This document shows positions 1 to 9,236 of a DNA stretch of 64,000 nt, in pieces (within the stretch, counting starts at the first letter, position 1; every line of letters begins with the position of its first letter). Location of the stretch: IMG/VR virus record IMGVR_UViG_3300033121_001033, positions 8,462 to 72,461 of that record; one strand, 5' to 3'. Under the pieces are notes generated by a model. It was not told where the DNA came from. It made no database searches and saw nothing but the letters and a program-made list of their open reading frames with translations. Source of the stretch: a virus. Taxonomy: Duplodnaviria > Caudoviricetes. Made by a program: the position numbers and the translations under genes.

Positions 1-915
1 ACCTGTTGCATCTCCACCGATGATTTGTACTATTCCGGCTTGTCCAAAAGCCCCTGCACGGGAGTTACCGCCAATAATATTGATATTTCCGCCAGACTGT
101 GAGTCGCTTGTTCCACCTAAGCCACCTTGTAAGGTAATGGCTCCCGCTGTTCCGGCATTAGCTGTACTGCCAGGTGTTAAATTAATATTACCAGCAGAAC
201 GATTAGCACCGACACCATTACCTGTAACAAGGTTAATAGCTCCGATAGCCCCGTTTGATGCAGCACCTGTGGTTATATTAATAGCACCACTTGATCCAGA
301 GCCAGACCCACCAGCGCCTGATGTTAATGATAACGTTCCGCCATTAAGAGAGGTTCCAGCGGCGCCGCTAGTAATTGATAATGCTGCTCCTGCTGCTGCA
401 CCTGTTGAGGCACCGCAAGAAACAGTTACTGCACCACCGGCTCTATTAGTTCCAACGCCGGCGGCGGATTGAATAACTATAGCACCTCCGACTCCATCGA
501 CAGGAACACCACCTAATAATTGTGCGGGTCCGCCATTTCCGGATGTGCCTCCGCCTGCACCGCCTAATACAGAAGATGTAGTCCCATTACTTGTAGTTGT
601 TGCTGCTGAACCACCGCCTAATACTGCTGTTTGTCCGACATCACCTTTAACAGCGGTCCCTGATAATAAAATATCATTCGCGCCGGTTGTATTTCCAACA
701 GCGAGCGTTGCAGATAATGATGCCGCAGCTGATGAACTTATTGCCGCCCAACCTGTATTAAGAGTTGAAGCTGTTTCTTTTATATAGAAACTTGTACCAA
801 CACCGCCATCATCTCTTTGATATATGGATCCTTTACCGGCGTATATTACACCTTCTGGTGAACCCGAACCGCCTCTAATTATGGAAGCGCCTAAATAAAT
901 AAATTGTTCAGCCAT
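1..915 (-). CDS. Gly/Ala/Ser/Thr-rich tail fibre-like virion protein (partial, runs off window start; absent from ORF track)
   Basis: ATG at 915 with GAGG SD; open frame to position 1. Begins MAEQFIYLGASIIRGGSGSPEGVIYAGKGSIYQRDDGGVGTSFYIKETASTLNTGW, a motif typical of phage fibre proteins, followed by Gly-rich repeats. Confidence 0.75.
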   Translation of the reverse strand, partial: MAEQFIYLGASIIRGGSGSPEGVIYAGKGSIYQRDDGGVGTSFYIKETASTLNTGWAAISSSAAASLSATLAVGNTTGANDILLSGTAVKGDVGQTAVLGGGSAATTTSNGTTSSVLGGAGGGTSGNGGPAQLLGGVPVDGVGGAIVIQSAAGVGTNRAGGAVTVSCGASTGAAAGAALSITSGAAGTSLNGGTLSLTSGAGGSGSGSSGAINITTGAASNGAIGAINLVTGNGVGANRSAGNINLTPGSTANAGTAGAITLQGGLGGTSDSQSGGNINIIGGNSRAGAFGQAGIVQIIGGDATG

Positions 916-930
916 AATAAACCTCAGTAA

Positions 931-975
931 AATAAAATAAGCATACTAATATTATATCAGTATGCTTATTTTATT
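931..975. repeat. Perfect 17-bp inverted repeat (terminator/regulatory hairpin)
   Basis: AATAAAATAAGCATACT-11nt-AGTATGCTTATTTTATT; the loop reads GATATAATATT on the minus strand. Confidence 0.8.
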
Positions 976-996
976 AAAGATTTATGTTTTAATTTA

Positions 997-1194
997 TTAC
1001 ATTACGACGACTTTACCAGCACTTGGACCTTCTGTTTCTACTGTTAAGCCTGATTTAGCAACATCGGCAACAATAGTTAAATGAAGTTTTCCATCGCTAT
1101 TTAAAACAACAGCAAATTTTTCGCCGCTTGAGTAAAACTCAACACCTTCGGCTGTTTTAACAACTGTAACTTCGTGATCTGTAGTAAATGCCAT
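997..1194 (-). CDS. Small hypothetical (virion-module) protein, 65 aa
   Basis: Start reassigned to MAFTTDHEV at 1194, which has an AGGAG SD. Confidence 0.65.
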   Translation of the reverse strand: MAFTTDHEVTVVKTAEGVEFYSSGEKFAVVLNSDGKLHLTIVADVAKSGLTVETEGPSAGKVVVM

Positions 1195-1283
1195 ATTCAA
1201 TACTCCTTTTAAAAAATTAAGAATTTTATTAATAGTACCTATGATTCTATTATACATTACAATTATTATATTTGTAGTTTATT

Positions 1284-2387
1284 TTAAGAAGGTTCTACAA
1301 TTAACCATGCAACAGTGGAAGTATCCGTTCCAGAACTTGATGTTATAGTAAAACTCGTACCAACGCTTCTAGCCGAAATTCCTACCCATCCTGGAGTGCC
1401 ACCGACCGATTGAGGTGTAATATATATTCGAGAATTTGCTGTTACAACTGTTGTATTAACAGTGACTGTTCCACCAACTAAAGTTGCAATCCCACCCCAA
1501 TGATTTGAACCTTCTTTGATCGAAAGCATTGATCCATATATTGATCTCCAAACTTTAGAAGATGCTCCAAGATGATTACTGTCGTCAGTGACTGGTTGTA
1601 CGAATCCGTTTGTAAAATCTACTTGCGCACCAGATGAACTAATTCTTAAAACAGACGTTGAAGCGAATGCACCACCAGAATCTGCACCAATTGTTATTAT
1701 TGGATGTGATACATCAATGTCTAATCCAAATCGGAGATTAGATCCGTTCGCAGAATAAACTCTAAACCTAGTTTCTCTGTTACTATCATCCCCGCTTCCA
1801 GTCATATTTGATGTAATTTCCCAAGAACGAGTTCCTTGTCGATAGTATCTTAACTCAGGAGTGGCGGCTGTGCTGTCCGAACAAAAATATATTCCACCAT
1901 CTGAGGGTAGATTTAAGAAGCCATTTCCAATCTTAAGGTAATGCCCAGCCGAGTTAAAAAGAATTTGATCAGGGGCCGTTAAATATAAACTCTGCCCGGC
2001 AGCTGCACTAATTTCAAAAGGAACAGCTGCTGTTCCAGTCAGTAATCCAGACGGTTTAAGTTCTAACATTTTAGAACCTAGGTTGGTTTTAACTATGAAT
2101 GATCCATCTGTTCCAGAACCATCTGCTAGTCCTATCCAATTAGTAATGCTACCTCCATCACCATTTGATGCTGCGAGCGCAGATGATGAAACAAAGTTTA
2201 TATTATACCCATTATCTATATTTGGATCACTTGCAGAAATACCAATATCATTGTTTGTTGATAATAGTACTAATTGATCACCGTCGGCTCCGGTAATTGT
2301 TGATCCAGATGCGAAGGTAATATTGGTAGCAGCAGCAGGATTAAATCCTCCGCCTCCTCCAGCTATTCCACTTCCTACTCCGCTCAT
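1284..2387 (-). CDS. Tail fibre/spike-like protein
   Basis: Beta-rich G/S/T composition; PVTDDSNHLGASSKVWRSIY fibre motif; C-terminal GIATLVGGTVTVNTT...TSFTITSSSGTDTSTVAWLIVEP module common in phage fibres. Confidence 0.65.
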   Translation of the reverse strand: MSGVGSGIAGGGGGFNPAAATNITFASGSTITGADGDQLVLLSTNNDIGISASDPNIDNGYNINFVSSSALAASNGDGGSITNWIGLADGSGTDGSFIVKTNLGSKMLELKPSGLLTGTAAVPFEISAAAGQSLYLTAPDQILFNSAGHYLKIGNGFLNLPSDGGIYFCSDSTAATPELRYYRQGTRSWEITSNMTGSGDDSNRETRFRVYSANGSNLRFGLDIDVSHPIITIGADSGGAFASTSVLRISSSGAQVDFTNGFVQPVTDDSNHLGASSKVWRSIYGSMLSIKEGSNHWGGIATLVGGTVTVNTTVVTANSRIYITPQSVGGTPGWVGISARSVGTSFTITSSSGTDTSTVAWLIVEPS

Positions 2388-2526
2388 TCAGTATAACTCC
2401 CTATAAAAATAACTAGATACCACTATACGAAAAATCTAAATCATGTAGAATGGTTTATTAAATATTGTCTATTTTTTCACATTTTATATTTTTTGTCATT
2501 TGTATAAATCCTTATAAAATATATTC

Positions 2527-2835
2527 TTACCATGCGAATACACGAAAAGCCTCTCCGCCCGCTGCCGATCTAAGATATATTTTCCGTGCCCTGCGGAAGT
2601 CAAATGTAATTATATTTCCTGCGAGAGCTTTACCTGCAACAGTTGTTCCGTCAAATGAAAATTCTATATAATTTGCTAAATCATCATTAGCAATAATAAT
2701 ACCCTGTGATAAAAATGGTGTTGAATCTGTCATATCAATAAAATCTATTTGCGTACTTGCAAAAGTATTATCTACAACAGTAGACTCTACGTATAGATCA
2801 TACGAACGAACACTTGTATTTCTTGTTCCGGCCAT
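2527..2835 (-). CDS. Small beta-rich putative virion protein
   Basis: ORF with AGGAG SD inside the structural cluster. Confidence 0.55.
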   Translation of the reverse strand: MAGTRNTSVRSYDLYVESTVVDNTFASTQIDFIDMTDSTPFLSQGIIIANDDLANYIEFSFDGTTVAGKALAGNIITFDFRRARKIYLRSAAGGEAFRVFAW

Positions 2836-2844
2836 TTTAACTCC

Positions 2845-3561
2845 TTATAAACTCAATTTTCCGCGATACTTATAATCGCTCGAAGGTCCAAAAGAACTTC
2901 GGCCTATAAAACTTACACTTGATCTGTTTTGTCCAACTATAGAGTGTTGAACTGTTTCCATAAAGGTTAAGCTAACTGTTGCTACTCTTGTTCTTCCTGA
3001 TGGAAACCATGATTTATAGGTGATTTGACAGCTTTTAAGATAGACTAAAATGCTGTCACTACCTTTTCTTCTACCTAATCTTGAATTAGGAAATACTAAA
3101 TTTAATCTTGGTGGCGCTATCGCTCGACCACTTGTTTTATCATAATCTACTGATTGATAGCTTTGCAAGTTATTAATTGCTGCATCAACATCAACTGTAT
3201 ATCTTGCAGATGGTAATAATGCTGTTCCTAATCCTGCGCCAGTTGTTGCGCCTGTTGCATCACTAAATGTTCCGCTAAAAGGATCATCTACTTCGGCAGT
3301 AAATATTGCATCAAATGATAGAGTTCTGCCGGCACCATTAATGAATTGAACAACAGGGTGTGATCCACCGGGAATTGTTTTTTCTGCCCAATTAGTATCA
3401 CTATTGTCGGTTAACTGACTAGGCCAGTATTGAAATACGAATATATCATCTAACAAATCTGCATCAGCAGCAGTATTTAATCTTAATCCAGAAGGGACTA
3501 ATTCTGGAAATAAATACGCGACTTGCGGTGTTGTTGATATTATTGCATCAGTTAATGCCAT
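2845..3561 (-). CDS. Contractile-tail tube initiator / CIS-tube (GpU-like) protein
   Basis: FQYWPSQLTDNSDTNWAEKTIPGGSHPVVQFINGAGRTLSFDAIF matches the FQ(F/Y)NP...W.E..IPG...P..Q(F/Y)..G..R.LSF pattern of CIS tube/GpU proteins. Confidence 0.7.
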   Translation of the reverse strand: MALTDAIISTTPQVAYLFPELVPSGLRLNTAADADLLDDIFVFQYWPSQLTDNSDTNWAEKTIPGGSHPVVQFINGAGRTLSFDAIFTAEVDDPFSGTFSDATGATTGAGLGTALLPSARYTVDVDAAINNLQSYQSVDYDKTSGRAIAPPRLNLVFPNSRLGRRKGSDSILVYLKSCQITYKSWFPSGRTRVATVSLTFMETVQHSIVGQNRSSVSFIGRSSFGPSSDYKYRGKLSL

Positions 3562-3622
3562 TATTATTCTCCAAATATTATTATACCATAGATAATATCA
3601 TTAACAATCAAAAACAAATGGA

Positions 3623-3651
3623 AACAAAAAAACCGGCACTAGGCCGGTTTA
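3623..3651 (-). terminator. Intrinsic terminator ending the leftward replication arm
   Basis: AAAACCGGC-ACTAG-GCCGGTTTT stem followed by a T-tract on the minus strand. Confidence 0.7.
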
Positions 3652-4334
3652 GTTGGTTTCTTCCATTTGAATATTTCCAATTGTTTACCAGGATCTGGTG
3701 GTTTTTCATATATATCTATAACATCTGATACGCTTACCAGTCCTTGTTGTCGAGCTTTTATAAAAGTTTTAATTTCTACTAAAGACTGTATTAATTTTTG
3801 TTTGTCTTCATCATTTAATTTTTGTAAGTCTTGCTGTCTTGGTGCAACTAGAAATCTTGTACTATCATATATCTGTTTGCGTCTATAGACTTTACCTATT
3901 TTATCTTGAAATTTACCAACCTTTTCTGTTGAACCCCGTAGAAGACCCCATAATAAAGCATTTTCTCCAGCAAGAATAACCGCTAACGGTTTGATAATAT
4001 TAAACTGTTGTTTAAAAAATGGAAAACATTTTCCGGGAGTGTTATCTTCTGGAAAATAATTCTTTTGTCCTCCATAACATTTCATTATATTAGTGAAGTA
4101 AACCTTTTCTGGGTCAATCTCAGCGTGTTGTAAGAGTTTGTCAAAAGCTTTACCGGAATTTCCAGTAAAGGCTTCATTGTTTTTATGGTCTGAATTAGAA
4201 GGATTTTCACCTAAAACAATAAGAGGAGACGCAGGGTCTCCTCGTGATATTGTTGGTTGTTCTCTTTCTTTAAAGAAAGGACACGCTTGACATAACTTTA
4301 TATCAGTATAAAGTTGTTGTAGTTCTTTAGACAA
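3639..4334 (-). CDS. Family-4 uracil-DNA glycosylase-like protein (Fe-S type), motif B divergent
   Basis: CQACP, GENPS (motif A), AFTGNSG, TNIMKC and downstream Cys; the HP motif is replaced by AP. Confidence 0.8.
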   Translation of the reverse strand: MSKELQQLYTDIKLCQACPFFKEREQPTISRGDPASPLIVLGENPSNSDHKNNEAFTGNSGKAFDKLLQHAEIDPEKVYFTNIMKCYGGQKNYFPEDNTPGKCFPFFKQQFNIIKPLAVILAGENALLWGLLRGSTEKVGKFQDKIGKVYRRKQIYDSTRFLVAPRQQDLQKLNDEDKQKLIQSLVEIKTFIKARQQGLVSVSDVIDIYEKPPDPGKQLEIFKWKKPTKPA

Positions 4335-4641
4335 GTTTCTCTACCACTACAGATTTAACTGAGAAAGTTTCACTGGTATTAAGAAGGACTAACTCTTTAT
4401 TTAAGAAACGTTCTTTCATTTTTGGATCTGTCTCACAGAGTTTCTTAATATGGTCTTTTACTGTTTTAAGTGATGCATTCTTTTGGGATCTCTCATTAAA
4501 ACCCTCTGGCCAATCAATTGGAATAAAAGATTTAAGTGATTCTCCTGATGGCGAGCCCTTTGTGTGTTCAACGAATGCTAGTTGTTTAGTTGTAAAAGTC
4601 ATTTTACGTTGTTTTTTAATACTGGTTTTTGATTCACTCAT
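4327..4641 (-). CDS. Hypothetical protein
   Basis: ORF in tightly packed operon. Confidence 0.6.
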   Translation of the reverse strand: MSESKTSIKKQRKMTFTTKQLAFVEHTKGSPSGESLKSFIPIDWPEGFNERSQKNASLKTVKDHIKKLCETDPKMKERFLNKELVLLNTSETFSVKSVVVEKLV

Positions 4642-4644
4642 AAA

Positions 4645-5580
4645 TTACTCCTTTGTTGTTTTTGTGTTTTCAAATATTTCTGGATGGTCATCTAGTAATT
4701 TTTCTAATTTTTCAAATACTTTTTCGTCTTTGAACCAAATTAAACGACCACCACCCATTCGTTCCAATTGTTTCATATAGAAAGTCATTCTATCATGTAC
4801 TTTTGTTTCTTTTGAAATTTGTTGCGATAAAAACTCAACTAATGCACATGTTAGATTATTACCTTCTTTTGAACTACCCGTTAAATGCTCAGCAATCTCT
4901 AAAGCTGTATTGACAACTTGCATCTGTTCGGGATATAACATGAACGTTCTACGAGATGGCGATAAATTTTGTTGTTCTCGCATTGGAACAGGCAGCGCAT
5001 CGGCAGTTTTAATAGAGTCTTTCTCTTGTAACTCTTTGGCTAATCTAGCATCATGTTCTTCTTTAGTCTCGACAATTACGGAGTTTTTAAGTTTCTCTAT
5101 TTCTTTAGATCGCTTAGCCTTAGAAATTTCAGTGGTTAAATCTTTAAGTTTTAGCTCTTTGGCTTTATTAACCCATTCATCAACATTATTATTATCTAGT
5201 ACGGGTAATATCATCTGAACTCTACTGTAGCCAACACCAACTAATTTTTTATTATCTACATTGAGTTGTTTGGCAAACTTCTTCCAAATTTTTCTAAGTC
5301 CATTAGCCATTGATTCAGTAATGCCAACTTCTTGTACTACATAATCAATAAAAGTATGATAACCCCATTGTTCATATTTTTTATTATGAAATACAATGTA
5401 TAAATCTTTAGCTAATAATAAATTGTCAGTATCTAATTTTTGAGATCGATTTATAATTCTTGATCTTAATTCTTCATCAGATTCAGATTTAATCAAATCA
5501 TTGGGAAATGCTTCGTGTTCCATTATTGTTGCTAGTTCAGGCGGAACAATTTCTGGAATTATTTCTTTTTCTTCGGACAT
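4645..5580 (-). CDS. Hypothetical helical/coiled-coil protein, possibly DNA-binding
   Basis: 311-aa charged ORF in operon; no motif recognised. Confidence 0.6.
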   Translation of the reverse strand: MSEEKEIIPEIVPPELATIMEHEAFPNDLIKSESDEELRSRIINRSQKLDTDNLLLAKDLYIVFHNKKYEQWGYHTFIDYVVQEVGITESMANGLRKIWKKFAKQLNVDNKKLVGVGYSRVQMILPVLDNNNVDEWVNKAKELKLKDLTTEISKAKRSKEIEKLKNSVIVETKEEHDARLAKELQEKDSIKTADALPVPMREQQNLSPSRRTFMLYPEQMQVVNTALEIAEHLTGSSKEGNNLTCALVEFLSQQISKETKVHDRMTFYMKQLERMGGGRLIWFKDEKVFEKLEKLLDDHPEIFENTKTTKE

Positions 5581-6146
5581 TTAATACTTCCTTTATTCAT
5601 TGAACTTCTTGCTAGGTCTAAGATCCAGAATGCATCTGCTTCGTTATCATCAGTAATAGTCTTAGAGTATTTTTGAGCCTCTTTAATCATTAAGTCTTTT
5701 TTAGAGTTTCCTTTGCCTGTAGCATGTTTTTTAATTGTACCTACATCAAAAGAAAAATAAGGAATATTATTATCTTCACACCAAAGCATTAATACTCCTC
5801 GATAAGCGCCATAACTATGCGCTGGTGCCCAACCCGAATGGGCAACAACATTTTCATAGAAAACAGCTTGAGCATCTTTAAATTGATTTAAAGCCTCATA
5901 AAATCGTGAATACCGATTACCATAATTAATTGGATTCTTTTTAGTTGAGCGTATGACTAAATTAAATACTCCAGAAGTAATAACTGAATCTGCGTAATAC
6001 GCCCAACCACAACTTCCTCCGGTATCTACAGCGAGAAATTTATCAATATTCGGATATGTCGGTGCCGTCTTCTGTTTCTTCTTCTTTATCTTCTTCGATT
6101 TCTCTGCTGTCTTTTTGCCAGGATTCCAAATCATCATTTTCTTCAT
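5559..6146 (-). CDS. ruvC: RuvC-like Holliday junction resolvase (true start uncertain)
   Basis: LAVDTG, FYENV, IKKHATGKGNSKK and DDNEADA catalytic motifs. Confidence 0.85.
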   Translation of the reverse strand: MKKMMIWNPGKKTAEKSKKIKKKKQKTAPTYPNIDKFLAVDTGGSCGWAYYADSVITSGVFNLVIRSTKKNPINYGNRYSRFYEALNQFKDAQAVFYENVVAHSGWAPAHSYGAYRGVLMLWCEDNNIPYFSFDVGTIKKHATGKGNSKKDLMIKEAQKYSKTITDDNEADAFWILDLARSSMNKGSIKCPKKKK

Positions 6147-6357
6147 CTATAACATCCATAATTTTAAAATCTCTAATATCTATTTCTTTACCACACCAAG
6201 GACAATACTTAAAGGCAATAACTGGTTTACCAGAAGGTATTGTCACGTCAAACAACATGTAATCTGCTAGAATTGAATCCGATATTCCTGATTGTTCTTC
6301 GCTGATAACATCATATATAGTCACAATAACTTTTTCTTTCATCTTGCAGCAACTCAT
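6043..6357 (-). CDS. Small Cys-containing protein with acidic tail
   Basis: FKYCPWCG motif; ATGA-coupled to the upstream gene. Confidence 0.6.
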   Translation of the reverse strand: MSCCKMKEKVIVTIYDVISEEQSGISDSILADYMLFDVTIPSGKPVIAFKYCPWCGKEIDIRDFKIMDVIDEENDDLESWQKDSREIEEDKEEETEDGTDISEY

Positions 6358-7322
6358 AATGGAATTCTCTCACCTTCAATATCTTTTTTCGGAGGATCTC
6401 CGGGGGCTATTAATTTGAAACACCATTCTTTAACAGGACAATACTTTGCTGCATCATCATTTTTACTTTGACATATTCTAGAACAGCTTTCAATTTTTGA
6501 CATTGGAACTTGTTTCTTTTCATCTAAAATAGCTTGTAATTCTAATGCTACTTTTTCACAATCTAAAATACGTTGTTCTATTTTATTCCAAAAAGCTTGG
6601 TCAAATTTTACAATAAATGGTTTGATATTTAATTTACCTGGTTTTATTCCATCTGGACCAAAAGCCCATTCGCATTGAGACCCTTTATTTTGATAAACTA
6701 TTAATGTTTCTGTTGGACCCAATAATCTCATATACGCGTGCGCCTGTATAATATGTGATTCTTTTGGCGCTGTTATCGATTTAAAATCAGTCGGACTGGA
6801 TGTTTTAAATTCAAAAATTCTTCTAACGCCATTTTTATCAATTAAAATTCCATCAGTATGACCGGTATATTTTAATCTTTTATCTTCTACCGGCAATTCA
6901 CCATACAACATATTTTCTTGCCAAGGTGCGCCACATGGACAATTTAATGGCATCGTTCCCTTTGTCTCTGTTTTACAAGATGAACAGGTCCAATCGCCAT
7001 ATAATTCACCCTTTGGCCCTAAATATCTATGTTGCCACCACCAATGAAGTGCGTGACCAACATCGAAAGTAGCTTGCTGTCCGGCCTTTATAACTTCTTT
7101 TGGTGGCTTAAAAACATGATCTAACCAAATAGCTCTGGGACATACACGAAATAATTCTGAGGCATGTAATCCAGGTGTTCTAACTCGTTGGTGTTTTGTT
7201 ATATAATCGCCTTCTAACCATGAAGTAAAATCATTAAACCATACCTCCGCAGTTAAATCTTGTTTTGGAGGATTATTGTCTTCCGGTTGTAGGAGATCCG
7301 CGATACCATCAAATAAACCCAT
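6354..7322 (-). CDS. Cas4-like PD-(D/E)XK exonuclease (solo, no CRISPR)
   Basis: ASELFRVCPR, GHTDG, FEFKT, QAHAY and C-terminal C..C..C Fe-S Cys. Confidence 0.75.
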   Translation of the reverse strand: MGLFDGIADLLQPEDNNPPKQDLTAEVWFNDFTSWLEGDYITKHQRVRTPGLHASELFRVCPRAIWLDHVFKPPKEVIKAGQQATFDVGHALHWWWQHRYLGPKGELYGDWTCSSCKTETKGTMPLNCPCGAPWQENMLYGELPVEDKRLKYTGHTDGILIDKNGVRRIFEFKTSSPTDFKSITAPKESHIIQAHAYMRLLGPTETLIVYQNKGSQCEWAFGPDGIKPGKLNIKPFIVKFDQAFWNKIEQRILDCEKVALELQAILDEKKQVPMSKIESCSRICQSKNDDAAKYCPVKEWCFKLIAPGDPPKKDIEGERIPL

Positions 7323-7714
7323 TAATTACTCGCAATTTTATTTATTAAATTTTGAAATGTGTCCGAGGTCATAATAACCCAATCCTTGGGAATTGGGTCT
7401 TTTTGCCCTTCGAGTCTTAACTCGATTAATGGTGTTCTTTTTGTGGATAAAGCCTCGATAAAAATCTTCGAAAACCAATTACCTTGAAGAACCATTCCAG
7501 CACCGGATGTAGCCTTACATTCTCTAAGAAATGTAGCATCATCTACATCGCCTGGTTTTCCTTTAATATTACCACTTCCGGGGGTCCTACGACCCCCAGA
7601 TCTATTAGCAACAATTTTTTCATGTCTTTTTGAAATTTTAGTGGTAGGATCTTTTTGAAAATAATCTGGTTTTTTCTTGTTGCTTTCTTTGTTGAAATAA
7701 TCAGGACTTTGCAT
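7322..7714 (-). CDS. Hjc-like PD-(D/E)XK nuclease/resolvase
   Basis: HEKIVA..SGGRRTPGSG....GDV....LRECK pattern. Confidence 0.6.
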   Translation of the reverse strand: MQSPDYFNKESNKKKPDYFQKDPTTKISKRHEKIVANRSGGRRTPGSGNIKGKPGDVDDATFLRECKATSGAGMVLQGNWFSKIFIEALSTKRTPLIELRLEGQKDPIPKDWVIMTSDTFQNLINKIASN

Positions 7715-7976
7715 TCATCTCTCGGATTAATTTTGAGTCTACATTAAGTTGATATCCATCGGAGGTGACTATAGTTGAAACACCATCTTGTTCAGATATT
7801 AATCCGACCATCATGGCACCCCACATTATAGTGCCCTCTTTTAATTCAGCTTTAAATAATGGTATATAACCATTCATAAACATAGTTCCTTCTGCGATAC
7901 CATGTTTAGTTCTGATTCTATACATACACCAATTATCTTGATTTAATATAGAACATCTAATTAAAACTGGTTTCAT
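7701..7976 (-). CDS. Hypothetical protein
   Basis: ORF in operon. Confidence 0.55.
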   Translation of the reverse strand: MKPVLIRCSILNQDNWCMYRIRTKHGIAEGTMFMNGYIPLFKAELKEGTIMWGAMMVGLISEQDGVSTIVTSDGYQLNVDSKLIREMNAKS

Positions 7977-9226
7977 TTACTTAATCTCTCAACTATTTCA
8001 TTCCAAACTGCTTTTTGCATTTCTGGACTTGCAGCTAACGCGGCTTCTAATTTTTCTTGTGTAGGTTCTTTCAAGTCCTTCCAGACATAACCTTCTTTGG
8101 TTTTTGTAAAAAGATTATAGTTCTTTCCATACGCAAAAAGACGTTCTACGTTATCAGGATCACCGACTCTGCGACCATGCGCATTTCTTAACCAATAGTT
8201 AAATGTTCCATAGCGACCTTTAGGACACATACTACTTTCGACTACTTTGAATTCTATTTCGGCATAGTCTGGGATCGCGTCTTCATCAGGAGTAAAACCT
8301 TTAGCGCCGCCACCAGCAGCTTTGTCTGTGAATTTTCCGTTACCATCGTCTACAAGATAGTGAACAGCACGTTTTGTGAATTTAATATCCAATGACGTAG
8401 CAAATCCTTGTCCTAATCCACCAGGAACAACGTCGGGCGAACCGTAACCATCTAATTTATTACGAATTTGATTCAATAATATAATTGTTGGCTTAGCTTT
8501 ACCAGAGATTCCGCGTGCATTTAACGAAGATGTCCATTTGCGCATCGCTGAGTTAATAAGCATAGCGTTACGTCCCATAACTCCGCCATCTTCTGTAGCT
8601 TTATTAATCTCGGCAGAACTTACTACGTTAGCAATGGAGTCAAGTACTATAACACCAAATCCAGCTGATTCATCTCTAATAGCTGCGTCGATTAAGTCTA
8701 CAACTTGCTCACCGGTTGGTGGTTGTTGAATCATAAGAAGATCCGGATGTTTAAATCCATGACCTAACATCCAACTTAAGTTATCACCTGATCGACCTTC
8801 GGCATCAACCCATAATACACCGGCAGGACTTCGATTATCACAGTTACACTCTTCGCGTCTCATGCAAACAGAACAATGATTTTGCACTTCAGCAGCAGCA
8901 TTTAATGCAGTCCCTGTTTTGGCTGATTTAGGCATTCCGAATAATCTGCACATTCGTCCTTGTGCTAGTCCGCCAAATGTAGCAATATCTAATGCAACAT
9001 TACCAAATGAGATTCTAGGTACCTTAACATTAAGTTCTGATGCCACACCGATATTTCCAGCCCACTTCTTTTGTGCAGCAGCTTTAAAAGCGCCAAATCC
9101 TTTATTTTCTCCTATTTTTTGTGCCGGTTTAACATTTTTTTCAGTTGTTTCTTCAACCTTTTCTGCTACTGTATCTTCGGACATATTTTCCTCATCACCT
9201 TCAGGATTCTTCTTTGGTCTTCCCAT
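7973..9226 (-). CDS. recA: RecA/UvsX-like recombinase
   Basis: SFGNVALDIATFGGLAQGR, GMPKSAKT Walker A, WVDAEG, IVLDSIA Walker B, LLNQIR and PGG. Confidence 0.9.
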   Translation of the reverse strand: MGRPKKNPEGDEENMSEDTVAEKVEETTEKNVKPAQKIGENKGFGAFKAAAQKKWAGNIGVASELNVKVPRISFGNVALDIATFGGLAQGRMCRLFGMPKSAKTGTALNAAAEVQNHCSVCMRREECNCDNRSPAGVLWVDAEGRSGDNLSWMLGHGFKHPDLLMIQQPPTGEQVVDLIDAAIRDESAGFGVIVLDSIANVVSSAEINKATEDGGVMGRNAMLINSAMRKWTSSLNARGISGKAKPTIILLNQIRNKLDGYGSPDVVPGGLGQGFATSLDIKFTKRAVHYLVDDGNGKFTDKAAGGGAKGFTPDEDAIPDYAEIEFKVVESSMCPKGRYGTFNYWLRNAHGRRVGDPDNVERLFAYGKNYNLFTKTKEGYVWKDLKEPTQEKLEAALAASPEMQKAVWNEIVERLSK

Positions 9227-9236
9227 AATTCACCTA

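Noticed and set aside
20-787. Plus-strand Pro/Ala-rich ORFs 20..472 and 545..787
   Set aside because: Antisense shadows of the Gly-rich minus-strand fibre gene (GGN codons read as Pro/Thr); no SD
3639-4334. UdgX (covalent uracil-trapping) assignment
   Set aside because: The KRRIH R-loop with its His is not present
6354-7322. Cas4 as evidence of a CRISPR-Cas locus
   Set aside because: No cas1/cas2 and no repeat-spacer array anywhere in the window; context is a recombination operon
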